Position numbers and translations under genes: made by a program | Source: Bugula neritina | Lineage: Eukaryota > Animalia > Bryozoa | Assembly (NCBI GenBank): GCA_964035545.1 | Contig: OZ037768.1 | Span: 16,971,875 to 17,035,874 of the forward strand | Direction: 5' to 3' | Length of the DNA stretch: 64,000 nucleotides | The notes under the pieces: model-generated | Seen by the model: the letters and a program-made list of their open reading frames with translations, nothing else | What the model was told of the DNA's origin: nothing | Databases searched by the model: none | Shown: positions 1-26,200 of the stretch, one piece after another | Numbering within the stretch: the first letter of the stretch is position 1 | How the letters are laid out: every line of letters begins with the position of its first letter

Positions 1-1409
1 GCAGCAGGTAATAATCAGTTTTTAATTTGATGATAGGCACTATATATTAAATGTGGATCACCTTTTTATAAGATTTTCGTTGTAACTGAACTTATATAAT
101 TATCAGGTCATGCTGTAAATAGTGGAAGAGTTCAAAATTTAGGCCATAGTCTATAAGGAAACACATGAATATTGAAAGTATGTAACCTAGATAAAAATAC
201 CAGGTTGCCAGGTTGCCAGAACTGTAAATATGAAATTAGTGAGTATAATGAGCAATCAATCCCATGTTTACCTCTGGCATTGTTATAATGAGGCTTTATA
301 ATAACATTTACAAATATGAAAGGTTTACCAGCACAGTATTTTTAGTATATTTCACAATACATGCATTTCCACATAATAAAATACAGTACAATAAAATCAC
401 ACCAAAGTTCTTTTTCATTACATTCCCATCAGTTGCGATGACTTTACTATAATGTGATGTTGAAATGCTTTCAAATTGTCAAATTTATTTTTTAAAATCA
501 AGTATATATTGCTAACCTCATTAGGGTGTAATTATAGTTTATATCTACAGACTATTCATGACAACTTTTTGACCAAAATGAGAATATATTTCAAGCTATT
601 CAAAATTGCTCACTGACATCATAAGCAGGTATTTAAAAGATTTCTTTTGCTAAAGCATCTAGCTTTAAATAAAGCATGTTACCTTCTTCATGACATTTGT
701 GTTTCTGGCAAAGGGTTTTCTTTTTGTCAGGAGCACAGACACTCATATGCTGCAGTGCTTCAGCTATATAATATCTGCTTCCTTGAAAATTTCTGTTTGA
801 TTTCTTGATACGATTTCTTTCAATAACAGAATGCTGTCAAATAATATACTTGAAGTGTTTTTATTTATTTTCAGAATACTTCATATTTAAAAAGTTTTTT
901 CTAGGCCCTTTTCTAGAAATTGACAAATGCTAACAGAATTAAATTACATGGTGATCTATGTCTAGATTAGAGAGCATTTCCTTTGGTTTATTATTTGTAT
1001 AAGTTAGAATTTTCGAACTAATTAATTTGTGGTGAATAAAGATCATCTAGCGTAACTCAGAGTAGGTAAGTAAAAAAAATTAATCAAAGGAGAGCTCTAC
1101 AGTAGGTTTCACCATTTATTTATGTCCCTAGTTGCATGAACTGTTACAGTGGCTAATGCATTATGGTTTTTTTTATTCTTCAGCTGCTCTAAATAGAAAA
1201 GGGTTCTTTTTGAACTCAAAGAAACCAAAGTGAAAACTTGAAAGTTTCTGTTCAAAGTATTTACAACTTTTATAAGCAAATTGGTATAGTTATTCGATTG
1301 TCTTGAAAAAACTAAGCAATATATTGTTAATAGCATAACCGACCTTATTCTACCTCATTGTAAATGAATATAATATCATCATCTTTGGCATTAGCCTACC
1401 GGTTTTTAA

Positions 1410-1500
1410 CCAATCAGCTTAAAGCCAAAAAATACTGCCAGTTTGCAGAGTGGAGTTGAAAACAGTATATAAGAGCGACAACATGCATTTTTATTTCAAT
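1410..1500 (+). promoter_or_regulatory. Core promoter of the small-peptide gene: CCAAT box, TATA box, initiator-like TCA
   Basis: AACCAATCAG with CCAAT at 1410-1414, TATATAAG at 1466-1473, pyrimidine-flanked TTCAAT ~30 nt downstream (~1495-1500), followed by a consensus splice donor at 1541. Confidence 0.6.
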
Positions 1501-1835
1501 CCTCTGCACATTTCACACTCATTCTATACAAGTGATTCAGGTATGTTGTCTTATTAAAGCATCATGAACATTCAACTTATACTATTATTATAATACATAT
1601 AAGATTTTATATATTTCATGATAGGCATACTTTAGCAAATTTGACGCAGTTCATTGGTAAGATCTTGTTTACAAACTAGTTCTTTGGCAGCAGTCAAAAG
1701 TATCTAACACTATGATTGTACATGTATTAATGTTGAAAAGTCATTACATTGCTAATTTTTAACAAAATTTAGTTGTAAGCATATTTTATTTAATTTTTAT
1801 AAAATATGTTATTGTTTATAGAAAGCAACTTTACC

Positions 1836-2196
1836 ATGAAGATTTTTGGTCTAATTTTGATTGCCATGTTTTTCGTCAGTGTATCAGGTTAGTTTGAAAT
1901 TATTCAATATTATATAATGATTTATGTAAGAGATATTAATATTTATTAAGTTTCACTTCCTATGTGCAGTCATTGCAGTCCATATAAATTTAATCAATTC
2001 AAATTTTTATTCTTGCCTGCAACTGTAAACTTTTCTAATTTGTATGGTTTCTAATGCTGCTAAACTTATCTATGTTTATGATATTACATTTGTAGGTGGA
2101 CTCCATAAGATAAACCCAGTACCCAGTATTAAGAAGTTCCTAAAAAAGAAATGTGTAGACATAGGTTTCAGTGACAGGAAATGTACTATTAATTAA
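1836..2196 (+). CDS. Small secreted cationic peptide precursor (50 aa; putative antimicrobial/host-defence peptide), 2 coding exons 1836-1887 and 2096-2196
   Basis: accATG at 1836 opens MKIFGLILIAMFFVSVS-G (signal-peptide-like); phase-1 intron GTTAGT(1888)..TGTAG(2095); second exon GLHKINPVPSIKKFLKKKCVDIGFSDRKCTIN* (TAA 2194-2196). Upstream non-coding exon ~1497-1540 ends CAG|GTATGT, acceptor TTTATAG at 1821; AATAAA at 2313-2318 followed by a GU/U-rich tract. Confidence 0.75.
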
Positions 2197-3254
2197 ACTC
2201 AACTTTTAAAAATCTCAGTCTTTGAATTCACTTTTTACTCAAACATTTCTTTGTCAACAGTTTCTAATTCAAGTACTTTGTTTTTAAAAATTATTGGGTT
2301 TTTGGGCTTCAAAATAAAACACATAAATTATGATAAGTTGACTTGAGTGTCTTGTTTTTATAGAAGATTTGATTTTCGACACCCTGGCTAAATATAAGTA
2401 TCACCGATTTTTGTTTTAGTTATTTTTTGCCGTCGCAGCACTCAGAATAATTATTAAACTGAATTAAATGTAATCTAAAGCACCGGCTATACATACTAAT
2501 AAATCAGAAAACAAGTGGAACTATTCAGGTATAGATTTTAGTCAAAGTTACGTAGCCTAATGACATATGCATGTTGTATGTGTGCCAATACGCGCATAAA
2601 CTAGCACATACTATTATATATACATAGCCTAAGCAGGTGTATGCCATAGCTTAATATCTTCCATTCTATTTCATTTTGTCGCAAACAAATTCTGATTAAT
2701 AATTATAAACACTTCTCAATCATCAGACAATATTTCTATTTTATTTTATTCGGTAACAACATTAACAATGTATAGAACAAATAACCAATAAACACTATAA
2801 CCTGAGTATTTTATATAAAATGGTAAAATTACCTAAATTCAAACATTGGACAATGTATAGTAAGAGAAAAACAACAACTTAGTTTGTGCCATGTCAGCTA
2901 AAAATATAATCTGTGACCTAAAAAAACAGTTTTATGTTTTTTCTTGAAAAAATTCATTCGCAACTAAAAATTATTATAAATTTGAAATGAAATATGAAAT
3001 GTGTACAATTCACTTCATTATATAAATAAATATTCTTGCTTCAGCTAATTCTCATATTTAACAGGTAAAAAATCTGTTTCTGACATACTAATATATGACT
3101 GAGATTCATAATACGGAAAATAAATTTCAACAAGTTAGATCTGAAGATTCTCGATTATTATCTTGCTTAGTTTAAGCCAATTCGTGAAGTTTGATAAAGA
3201 ATCTTTCCTAATAAACAATGACATTCTAGTTGTGTTTGTAATTTAGTTGCACTT

Positions 3255-16070
<12,816 letters not shown>

Positions 16071-16239
16071 ACCCTAAGCATGCATATTCTAACTACTATA
16101 AATGTTCTCCATTGCAATGAAGTCTTTCACTGAACTATATTTAACTGCAAACATATGCATGTTTAATTTTGGCAGTATTCCCATTCAATGTCAGACATTG
16201 CTTGTTGCCTCAAAGTGTAAAACTTGTAGTCCCCTACAC

Positions 16240-16290
16240 ATTGACGTGATTGGCTACCCGGATCTCAGTATAACTATTTGATTGGCACAT
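16240..16290 (-). promoter_or_regulatory. Probable BMPER proximal promoter: two CCAAT boxes plus CRE-like TGACGT
   Basis: ATTGG (CCAAT on minus) at 16249-16253 and 16281-16285, 32 bp apart; TGACGTGA at 16242; ~180-215 bp upstream of the BMPER ATG. Confidence 0.4.
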
Positions 16291-17079
16291 GCAGGTGTTT
16301 GTTTTGTTGTGCTGCAAGTACTGTTTGTTTATATACAATATGCTTATCAATTATGAGCCTGTGCATCTCTGAAAAATATATTTATCCCACATTCACATAA
16401 AACTTATATTTCTAATCTAATGTAATATATGGTAGACACAATGTCTTTGATGCAATATTTAGCATTTTAAGATTTGCAAAACAGCCAGCAAAATATAAAT
16501 ATGAAAAGTCATGACTCCAGCCATCTTGTTCTAAATGAACAAGCAGCAACAGTCACCTTAATCATTGATGTTTGTATATGGAGCTATTAATTTAAAACAT
16601 GGAATTAAAAATTGAAAGGTGAGAAATTAAGCTCTTAGCTATTTCTTCTTCGAAAGATAAGGCACACATTGGCTATGATTTTTTATTTAAACAACTGGAA
16701 GCTTCTAGTGAAGCAAAGCCTGATAAAGATTATGCCAAGCTTTTATTAATACTATCAGCCAATAATTTTGGAAACTGTTGAGATTACAGCTAATAATATA
16801 TGCCTATGCTTGCCCATTTCTATCTGCTATATTTACAAATAAATGTGTTAAATGGGTTTGTGTATAGTTTATTACTTATATAATCGGTAGAGCCGTATTG
16901 CTACTTTTAGTTAGGTGTTATAAAATATGCTGATAGCAAAGTTTGTATCCTTGTATAAACAACTCCAGTAGCAGCATGGAATGAGTTGCATGCAGTCTTT
17001 TGGCAATATCTCTAGAAAAAAATAATGCTGGTTTTTCCTATGTTTTCTAATATTTTCAGAGATTGCTTTTTCAGGTAGG

Positions 17080-17330
17080 TGGGTTTTTAGATCCCATTCT
17101 CTCAGGTCTCAGTCCTTTTCAGATAATTACTTTCTAGACTGTTCTTGAATGCCTTTTTTACGGCCCTGTGCTCTTTTACCTTTCTCCAACTCCAAGTAAA
17201 ATAATTGCTCTCAATAACCTCACAACCCAGCCTCCTCCTCCTAGAGTTGATCTGGTAGTGAATTACCTACATCAACTGCTTCTGGTAACGAGTTTTGTTT
17301 ATATTTGTCAAAGGAAAAGTTTTGATTGTA
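17080..17330 (-). mobile_element. Degenerate RTE-clade LINE 3' fragment
   Basis: Minus strand gives KQLM*VIH (cf. QLRWAGH) and EQLFYLELEKGKRAQGRKK/AFKNSL (cf. QLFYGEL..GKR..G..KKRFKD.L), with stops/frameshifts. Confidence 0.6.
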
Positions 17331-18019
17331 ATGGCCATCTTTAGCTTTTCCCATTATTCTAATACTATACACCTGTACTAAATATTTCATTAGTTTTTCT
17401 AGCATTGCATTGCCATTCATTTCTCTTCATTTTACCCAATCTGGTAATTTTTGGTCTCTTCAGCATTCACGCTTTTGTAAATTCCTTTTAAGTTTTAAGT
17501 AAAGTGTTTAATAAAATAAATAAACTGTCTCAGGGACAAGAATTATTGGTTAAAAATTAGTGTAATGGTTACACATCTTGTAACCTGTTGTTAAGATTTA
17601 TAGTACCTGTAGTTGAATCTACAATTTCATCTGCCTGATCATAACTTTAGAAATACACTACATGTTATACAAAATAGTAATACATTTGTACTATTTATAT
17701 ATACTGCAAATATATCAAACACAACCGCTACATTTTGTCACGGAAACTGGTCAAACACAGTTAGAAAAACTATGAGGCAAAATCTACTTAAAATACAGCC
17801 GCTATTACTGCTCGACACGAAAATAGCTCCATTCACATAACCCAGTGTTATTTGATAACATATTACTGTTTATCATAACAAATACAGCCGTGTCCATCAG
17901 CAATTCTCACACCCAACTTTATTTTCTGTCTATGACCATATAGGATGTACAATCGTGTTCAACGCTGTAATTGTAGGAGGCATTAAATTGTTATTCATAC
18001 ACACAGGCATTGTTGACTT

Positions 18020-18215
18020 ATAGGATTAGAAAAAGACAGGCTGGCATAGAATGAACCAAATCAAAGCCCAGTACGCTACTAAAAATAATTCTGAGAAAGC
18101 AGGAAAAATACTCTGCTGAAAAATGCCAATACAATATGTTACATGACTGTAGAGAAGGCAGATGCAAGATTGGAGAAATTAGGAAAAACATATGCTCCAA
18201 ATGAAAACTCTAGCA
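18020..18215 (+). mobile_element. Possible highly degenerate RTE-clade LINE 3' fragment
   Basis: RQAGIE*..TLLKIILRKQEKY..MLHDCREGRCKIGEIRKN loosely follows the RTE C-terminal pattern (RAG...LL..I..RQL.Y...EG.R..GR.R). Confidence 0.35.
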
Positions 18216-20339
18216 AAATAATCCATGCTCCCATGAGATTTTAAACCTCCATTTCAAATCAAAATCTGTAAACATAATTAAAAAAATTGAGCTATATTTA
18301 AATTTCTCTACTGATGCTGTAGTGCAGCTACTATTGAATGACTGGTTAAAATTTAACAGATGTGTTTAGATTCGAAGCCTACAGACTGCATGCTATAGCA
18401 CGTTTGGTCAGCCAGTTACTAGACTTGCAAATGCTATTAATTAGTGTATTATGCCATGTTTCTATGCTACTGCTTAGATAAGAAGTTTGTTGCCCAACTT
18501 GCATATAAACAACCATTTAAGTTGATTACCAGTATTGGGAAGAGCTATTTTATTTAGCTCACATTTACTGTGGCAATGCACACCCTAGTTGTAGATAGCC
18601 ATGGTCCACTGTATGCCTGTTAAGCATCAGAATGTAATAACTATATAAAGGATCACATCTCTACCTTCATATGTAGGTCAAAATTTCATATGTTTGGCTT
18701 TTAGATACTTAGACCACATGTTACCATGGCAACCAGTTATTAATGTGTAACACGATATGTTGAACTTATCTAAGGTTACACAGAAGTCAGTGAAAGGCTA
18801 GGTTATTATTGCAAGTCTAACTTTAACTATCAAACTCCTGTGTATTCATATATTATAACTTTAATTTAACATTTTAAGGCAATATGATTGGCTACTGACT
18901 ACAAGGTGAGCAAAAAATGTTCAGGATATTGTTGGTGAAATGTTTGTTTTGGACGTGATTTGGTAAAGAGGAGTCTCTTTGTTTTTATTGAGCTACAGCC
19001 TGTTGATAAACAAAAATTAGATGGATAATAATTGATATAAACTTCTTGAGTACTTCTCTAGCTTTGTAAGGGTTAAATCTTTCATCAAAACTAAACAAAA
19101 GCTGTTTGCTATGGAGATTAATGATTTGGATGAGATAAATTAGTTCTAATTCTCTCATACAGACAATCACAGTCAAGATTTTAATCGGCTTGAGATTGCA
19201 ATTGCAATTAATAAGCTTATTGTGTATTCATAGTAAATATAATTGTTGTGCTCTTTGCTGTTTTTCTTTGAAGATATGATCGGTAATTAATTAACAAGTA
19301 ATACACATCTACGTATAAATACATGAGGTTACAAACTATATCCATACAAATAGTTAAAAAGTTATAACTGTTAATATTTGCTCCAATCTATCTTTCATTA
19401 AAATAATTCTGATGCCTTTTTTTTAAAAAAAAGGCAGAAGAAGATATATTGACCACAAATGACTAATTTTTTGATCGCTTGCTACAAGAATTTTCAATCA
19501 AAATGTTTTTGCAGAAGCTGTTTGCATTAAACATGTTGATAAGAACTGCAAGTGGTAGAGCATGAAAATGTTTATATTATATTTTATTACATTGCATTAT
19601 ATTGTAATATAATATTATGTTGTCCATTATTGAATTTTAATATAATAATGCTGGAGATACAACAGAAACAAAAGTACTATACATAATTAATTAGGAAATT
19701 TACAGCTAATCTAAGGATGCTTGCAACTTAAAGATAAGAAAATTATTTATTACCATGTAAAATCTACAATACATACTGAGTTAATGAGTTGACACTAATT
19801 GCTGCTATTTTTCAAGCTTAAGTACTATTAACTCTTGACTTTTAGGATTTCACATAGTATGGTCAACAACAGTAATATAATGGTGACATTTCTAAAAAGC
19901 ATTTAAAAACAGCTGTCAGCAGTACTATAAGTTGATTCCGAGTTTACAATAAACCAGTGAATTAAATCATACTTTCAGTTCAAATAATGTAGTTTACTTC
20001 GCAAGGTGGATGCTACAGTTATAGCTTTTTAAATACCATAACTGTACTAATCTAATATGTTTCATTAATTATTATATTGAATTACATTTAATCATTATAA
20101 TATTATGTTAATATTACTGTGTTTAGTAATATTATGAGTCCTTTATTCATAAAGTTAATATAAGGTGTATCATTGAAATCTGAATAGCTTGTTCTATATT
20201 GGTCATGTTTTAGGGTTGCATCACTTTGATAGGATATAAAGAAAAAAGATCCTTATCATATAACGTAGCAACCAAGATATCAACTTGGGCAACTGTTGGC
20301 AGGTATTGAATTTGATCACTAACCAATCCAGAAACTTAG

Positions 20340-20410
20340 TAAAAATCACTTCGTGTTGTCATGTCTGTGATATGCAATAAATCAATCAATCAATTAATCA
20401 ATCAATCAAT
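20340..20410 (+). mobile_element. 3' tail of the same (AATC)n-tailed LINE family as 12762-13236
   Basis: catgtctgtgatatgcAATAAAtcaatcaatc... closely parallels catgttagtgatagaAATAAaatcaatc at 13201-13236. Confidence 0.55.
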
Positions 20411-23271
20411 AACCCCCCCCCCACACTACAAATAACACCAGCGGTCAGATAGCTAGTCTGTTGCTCCTGCATTTCACAAGCTACTATGGTTAAAATAATG
20501 CTTCAGAAATACTTTTTCCAACATAGCTTGAGTTGCATGTTATGAGCCTGGGAAAGGTTGGTCTAATACATAGCTGTCCAACACCGGGATATTCCATTTC
20601 AGTGGCCTTTGCTCTGAAAAAGTACCCTAATAGTTTGATTAGAACTCACTTCAAACTACGTAGGAGTTGGGGCTGCAAATTTCCGACTACACAGTAAACA
20701 TATTATTTCCTATATGTTATAATTTAATGTAGATATTAAATTCTTTTAACATTAATAGCTTATTAAAATAATCTTTTATAACACTAGGCTGTAGTAATTA
20801 ATGTAGCTTCCACCATCCCTGGCAATAATACAAATTTTTTATATTTCTGTTTTATTATATATATGTACATATTTATTGCAAATTTGAAGAAGTGCTCTTA
20901 GCATAATATATTTTTGTATAATAATGTTTATAAGACATTATTAATCCACGATATGAAACATTTTTGGAATTGTCTTTCCTTAACCCATTCATTCATACAA
21001 AATACAGTGAAGTGGGTGTGGCTTCAAACTCAACATCCTGTCATCTAGTAATTGTAAAAATTGATTCATTAACCGCAATATTATTAATGAGCTACGTTGT
21101 TGTAAGCACAGTTGATGTATTAACTTGAGACATGTAAACAAGTGAAGTTGAGGTGACATAACAGGTTGGTTTAGTATCCATGCAGTCTCTATATTCTCAA
21201 ATCTAACTCAATACATTTTTAAACTTGTATCTACTCACTCTGTTGATGTTGGCTTCATCCATTTCTCTCTAGAAATTCTGCTGTTATTGTGAAATTAAAC
21301 ATATGAAACTGGTGATAATAAAGGTATACATGGTGTTATACATAGGTGTAGCTCATCAACATTCTGAAGTCAACATCTGTCTGATTAATTCTTTTAAATT
21401 GAAAATTGCTGTAATACTCAACAAAAAGTTAGGTAATCATGGAGCTACTTCCAGTAAAGTCATAATAGTAAGCTATTGAGTTTCTGGTAGCCTCAAAAAG
21501 TATTCTGCATATCTACAAATTTTACGTAGATAATGCTTAACCTACGTACTAAGCATTTGCATAGCAACTGATCTATTTAAGACTATTTGTAGTACACTAC
21601 CAGGAGTGTGCAAACAGACTAGTTCTAATAAAGGCATAATTTATTGCATTGATTAGAATTATTATAAATTATTTAGTTGACTGAAAATTGTACTTTATAT
21701 TATTTTGTATTGAATATTTTAGCTAAGTTCATGACCTTAACTTGGGCAGTCTATGAATACTTCCCCCAATATTTGTACTCTTCTTTGTGCCCTCACGTTT
21801 CCCTACCAATTTTTCTGTTAACCATTAGCATTATATGCATACTGCATGCATTCATGTTTCACCCGATTTCAAGTTTGCCTCAGGGTTATAGAATATTATA
21901 ATATTTACAGTTTATTTATGTTCACCCACTTAGAAATAATCATACCTACGCACTCCAGCAGACCGATATTCTTCAACAGCTTACACCTGGAATGTTTACA
22001 AAGCCAACTTATGAACATTTTGAGTTGTGAAAAGGCTCTTTTAATTGAAAAGTCAAACTGAACAATGCTTTGAATTTCATTATTTCTGTTACAATGCTAT
22101 AACAGGCATAGGATATTATCAGGGATCAGACTCAAATCCTTGTATGATTGTTGCTGTGCCCCATATTTATAATTTATACATTGAAACAATTGGCTTGGAA
22201 TGCAAACATAATTGAGCAAGTCTTTTTGATTGTGAAAGTTTTTGGGGCTGCACTGAATTCAATAGACTTGACATAACTGAACACATATAATTATCACTCT
22301 CAGTTTGGGTATGCACAAACACAATAAAACCTTTACAGAAAGCAAAATCCTGTAATTTTAATATAACTTTGCATAATTCAAGCTGATAAAATGACTTAAA
22401 ACAAATAAGTTTTGAGTTAAGATACCGTAAGGCAGTGTAATGGTTTGCAGCTAGTTTGATAATCATTAGCATATTTCAATTGCTTCTGTTGGGATACAAA
22501 TGTTAACTACTTGCATTTCAATCTCTGTTGGGATTGGTGTGTTAATCTCTAACATTGCATATTATCCTATTTTAAATACCAGCTAGATGTAACTAAACAC
22601 TAAATATTATATCCTTATAATTAGAATAATAATTTCCCATGTATTTTTCCCGCTGGTTAAGGTCATCTTGGTACAGTCGGTTCTTAATTTTAAAAAATGT
22701 CATTAAGTATACATAAATTAAACGAATGATAAAATATTGTGCGAGTTGCATCACATTATCCCAGCCTGGCCATTCATAAGTGTGAGCAGAGAGTGCAAAT
22801 TTCCCATGATTCACCCATAACTACACTCTCATTCTTCTAAACAACTTCTAGAGTGAAAACCTTTGTTCCTAGTAATCAACTAATTCATTAGTATTAATTA
22901 GATGACTCCCACCTGGATTATGTGAATAAGTCAACATATTAAAGTTACAGTGGAGTTTCATTTAGCAAATGTGTAACGGAGAAAGCAGCATGATACATAT
23001 CTACGTACAACTCATAACAGCTGCATCTATTGACAAATCATTATTCACTATTTTGTTGAAAAATTTGGTTTATTGAGTGAAATTAGTCATGTTGTTTATT
23101 TGAATGATTATGTTTGTCTCAAAGAGATCTGCCATGGCTATTGGTGATGTCAGGAAGAATTACTTTTGGCTATTTTGAAAAGCCTAACCACAACAGCTAG
23201 TATATTAATTTTATTCTTATGTTTCTAGAAAGTTCTAGCCGAGCCATTGCCTCATACCGGCAGACATTGTT

Positions 23272-26200
23272 ATGGGATTTGATGTAGAGAGGTTTGTTGG
23301 ACTGGTGAATGACGGATTGCTGTGCTGTATATGTCGAGATGTTCTCGAGGATCCGCTGCAGGCACCTTGTGAGCATGCCTACTGCTCTACTTGCATCAAC
23401 GGCTGGCTCGTTCACGAGAACTGCTGTCCGGAAGACAGAAGACTTCTTTTCTCATCGCAACTGAAACCGCCATTTAGGTACAATCATTGTCACATATTTA
23501 CAATCACTTTGCTATCTAATTTGCATAATAGGGTTTGGAAACTACAATGACATGTATCAACATCCTATTAAAAATATAATTATAATACTTAGTGAACTGT
23601 AACATAGTGACATAAGCAATCATTATACTGTGTAATAACTTGTTTGACTTTTACTACTGAAGTTTCTATAGGTTGTTTATTATGTATATTTTCTTGGCTT
23701 CGGAGCAAAAGTATTTATCAATATTATAAAATATAAAAAACCCAAGGACTCATCATGCTATTTAATCAAAATATCAGCATAAACTTTGTCGAAGTGCTGC
23801 AATGATCAGTTAAACAACTAAAACTGTATTTTTTTATCAAGTTTCATGGACATTGGTTTTAATCAATACAATTGATAATTTTATTAAACAGTTAGTAGTA
23901 TTGAATATCCGGTGCTTTGTAGTTAGTAAACTTTGCTCTTTCAAAGCAGATTCGAAGATTTGCGTGCCACTAGGGGTTCACAAGACAAAACTCACTAATT
24001 AATATGTCAGCCTTGGGCTTTTCTATGACAATTAATACTTCAACACATCCAGGATGTCTTCAGAGCAAGCTTGGGATAAGCTTGTAAAGTAGCGCCGACA
24101 TAAAACTAAACTAGGAATTAAAGTTTAATATTACTTAATAATCAACTAGATAAATAGTTAAACATCTCATTTATTGATTTCTTGACTAAAATTGCTACAG
24201 TTTGAGAACAACTCTAGTTATGAATACTATGCTCTGTATGAACAGGTCCAAGTAGACTTAGGAAAGAAGGTTTGTTCAAACTAATGTCAATTATTGGTGT
24301 ATTCTCTTTCAGGTACATGCGAAATGATTTGAATAGATTATCTATTAGATGTCAGAACATTGATGCAGGATGTGACGTCGTGTGCAATCTAGAATTTATA
24401 CAAGGGCACGAGGAAGAATGCGGGTAGGTCTAGCTTCTATTTGATAACCCTAATTATTATTAAACAAATGAAAACATTGTATATCGTAGCATACTGTGTA
24501 GCCAATGTGCAACTTTTTAGTTTCCCAAGCCTTAGATATTATATAATTAGGTTCTTATATTTGTCCAAGTTTCTAAGCTAGCTAAGTATTTTAATCACAG
24601 GCTACAGATTTTAGTTCTGCAGTGAATCAGCAGCTTTTCTAATCAATTCACGTAACTTCACACACTTAGCTATAAAGATATACTTAGCAATAAGCTAATG
24701 AATATAACTTGTTCATTTTAGTATTTAGATTGCTTTTAGATTATTTGGTTGCTACTGTAAACTGACCCTTATTAATGAAATCTTTTGTCATCTTTGTTTA
24801 GTTTTAATAAAACTGTTTGTATATCTACAAAAACCAAAATACTTTTACCAGCAATGTTTGATTTATAGATATATATTACTGCCTGCAATCTCACATCAAT
24901 TAATAATACTATATTAATTTATCTTTACATGCTTCTATAGATGTGATGCATGTTGAAGTAGTAATGTAAACAAAATCTTTATTTTCTATTAAAACGACAT
25001 CAATATTTGTGCAAGGTCTGATGTAAATAGTAATACTTAGAGATTCTCAAGAGCGTGAGATATGCATGTTATGGTTTCACACACAGGTTTGTAAGTGTAC
25101 CCTGCCCGAGCCCTGGCTGCACTAGTATGGTTCCCAGAAGGTTATTGGAAGACCATCTGAAGCAGTGTGAACACAGAGTGAAAGAATGCCCCAAGGGTTG
25201 TGGTGAGTTGAAATAGAATTTCATTCACTGCAGAGCTAAACTGTAGCAAATGACTTGGTATACTTGCTATAGCAGTTTCTGTAACTAGTATAGAATACAA
25301 ATATTTTATGAGGAAAGTTCTAGTGGAAGCTTTTAGTTGGTTGGTTTGCTTGCTCGGTCTGTTGTGTTTATCTGCTAGTTGTGTCTACCAAATATTTCTT
25401 TAAAGTAAAGGCAATGTCTTTAGAGCTCCAAGAAATTATTAACCAGCATTCAGGTATTCTGTACACTGCCCAGCCCTTCGTGATTACAGAAACAACCAGA
25501 TGCAATTTTAATAATATTTAAAAACTTCACACATTAATAGGTCGGCTTCATTCACATAAAATTTACAATAATCTTTAGTTGTGATTGTTTCAACGCTATT
25601 CAAAAATTTTAAATATAAAATTAAACTACCCACGTGTGATCAACTGCAGCTTGCCAGAAAGGTGCTATAGGTTTAGACTCATACTATTCAGCTTTTTATG
25701 CAAGCATCTATTATGTGTGTATAGTCATTAATACTCTTGACACCATTACCTGATGACTGGTCACAATAGATATAAGATATTGAACAAACAGTATTCAACT
25801 ATCATGTTGTGAAATTACAAATATGCTTTAAGAAAGACCTATAACGCCTGTGAAAAGTTATACAACAGCAGCTTTTAACAAAGGTCGAGTGATCTTTGTG
25901 ATCTTGCAGTGCTGCAAGGGCTTTTAGTTGAATAAACTTTACACACCATATGAGGTCCATAAATGAATGGAAATTATCACTTAGATATACCAGCAAAAAC
26001 AAAATTGGTACTAACAATGTTTAGGCCACATCTATAATTTCAATGATACAACTGCAACACAAAACATAACAGTTTGCTGTCTTTAACTTTTCTTATCGGT
26101 AGGCACACTCTGCTAAAACTAATGTAATGAAAGTTAAACCTTTAAGAAATTATGATAAATTGCAATCAATATATTGTGTAACTTATTAGGTATGCCGATG

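Noticed and set aside
683-833. AG/GT-bounded 151-nt open frame on minus (HSVIERNRIKK..CQKHKCHEE)
   Set aside because: No partner exons identifiable and an alternative frame resembles a decayed RTE segment (NQTEIFKEADI); cannot be supported as an exon.
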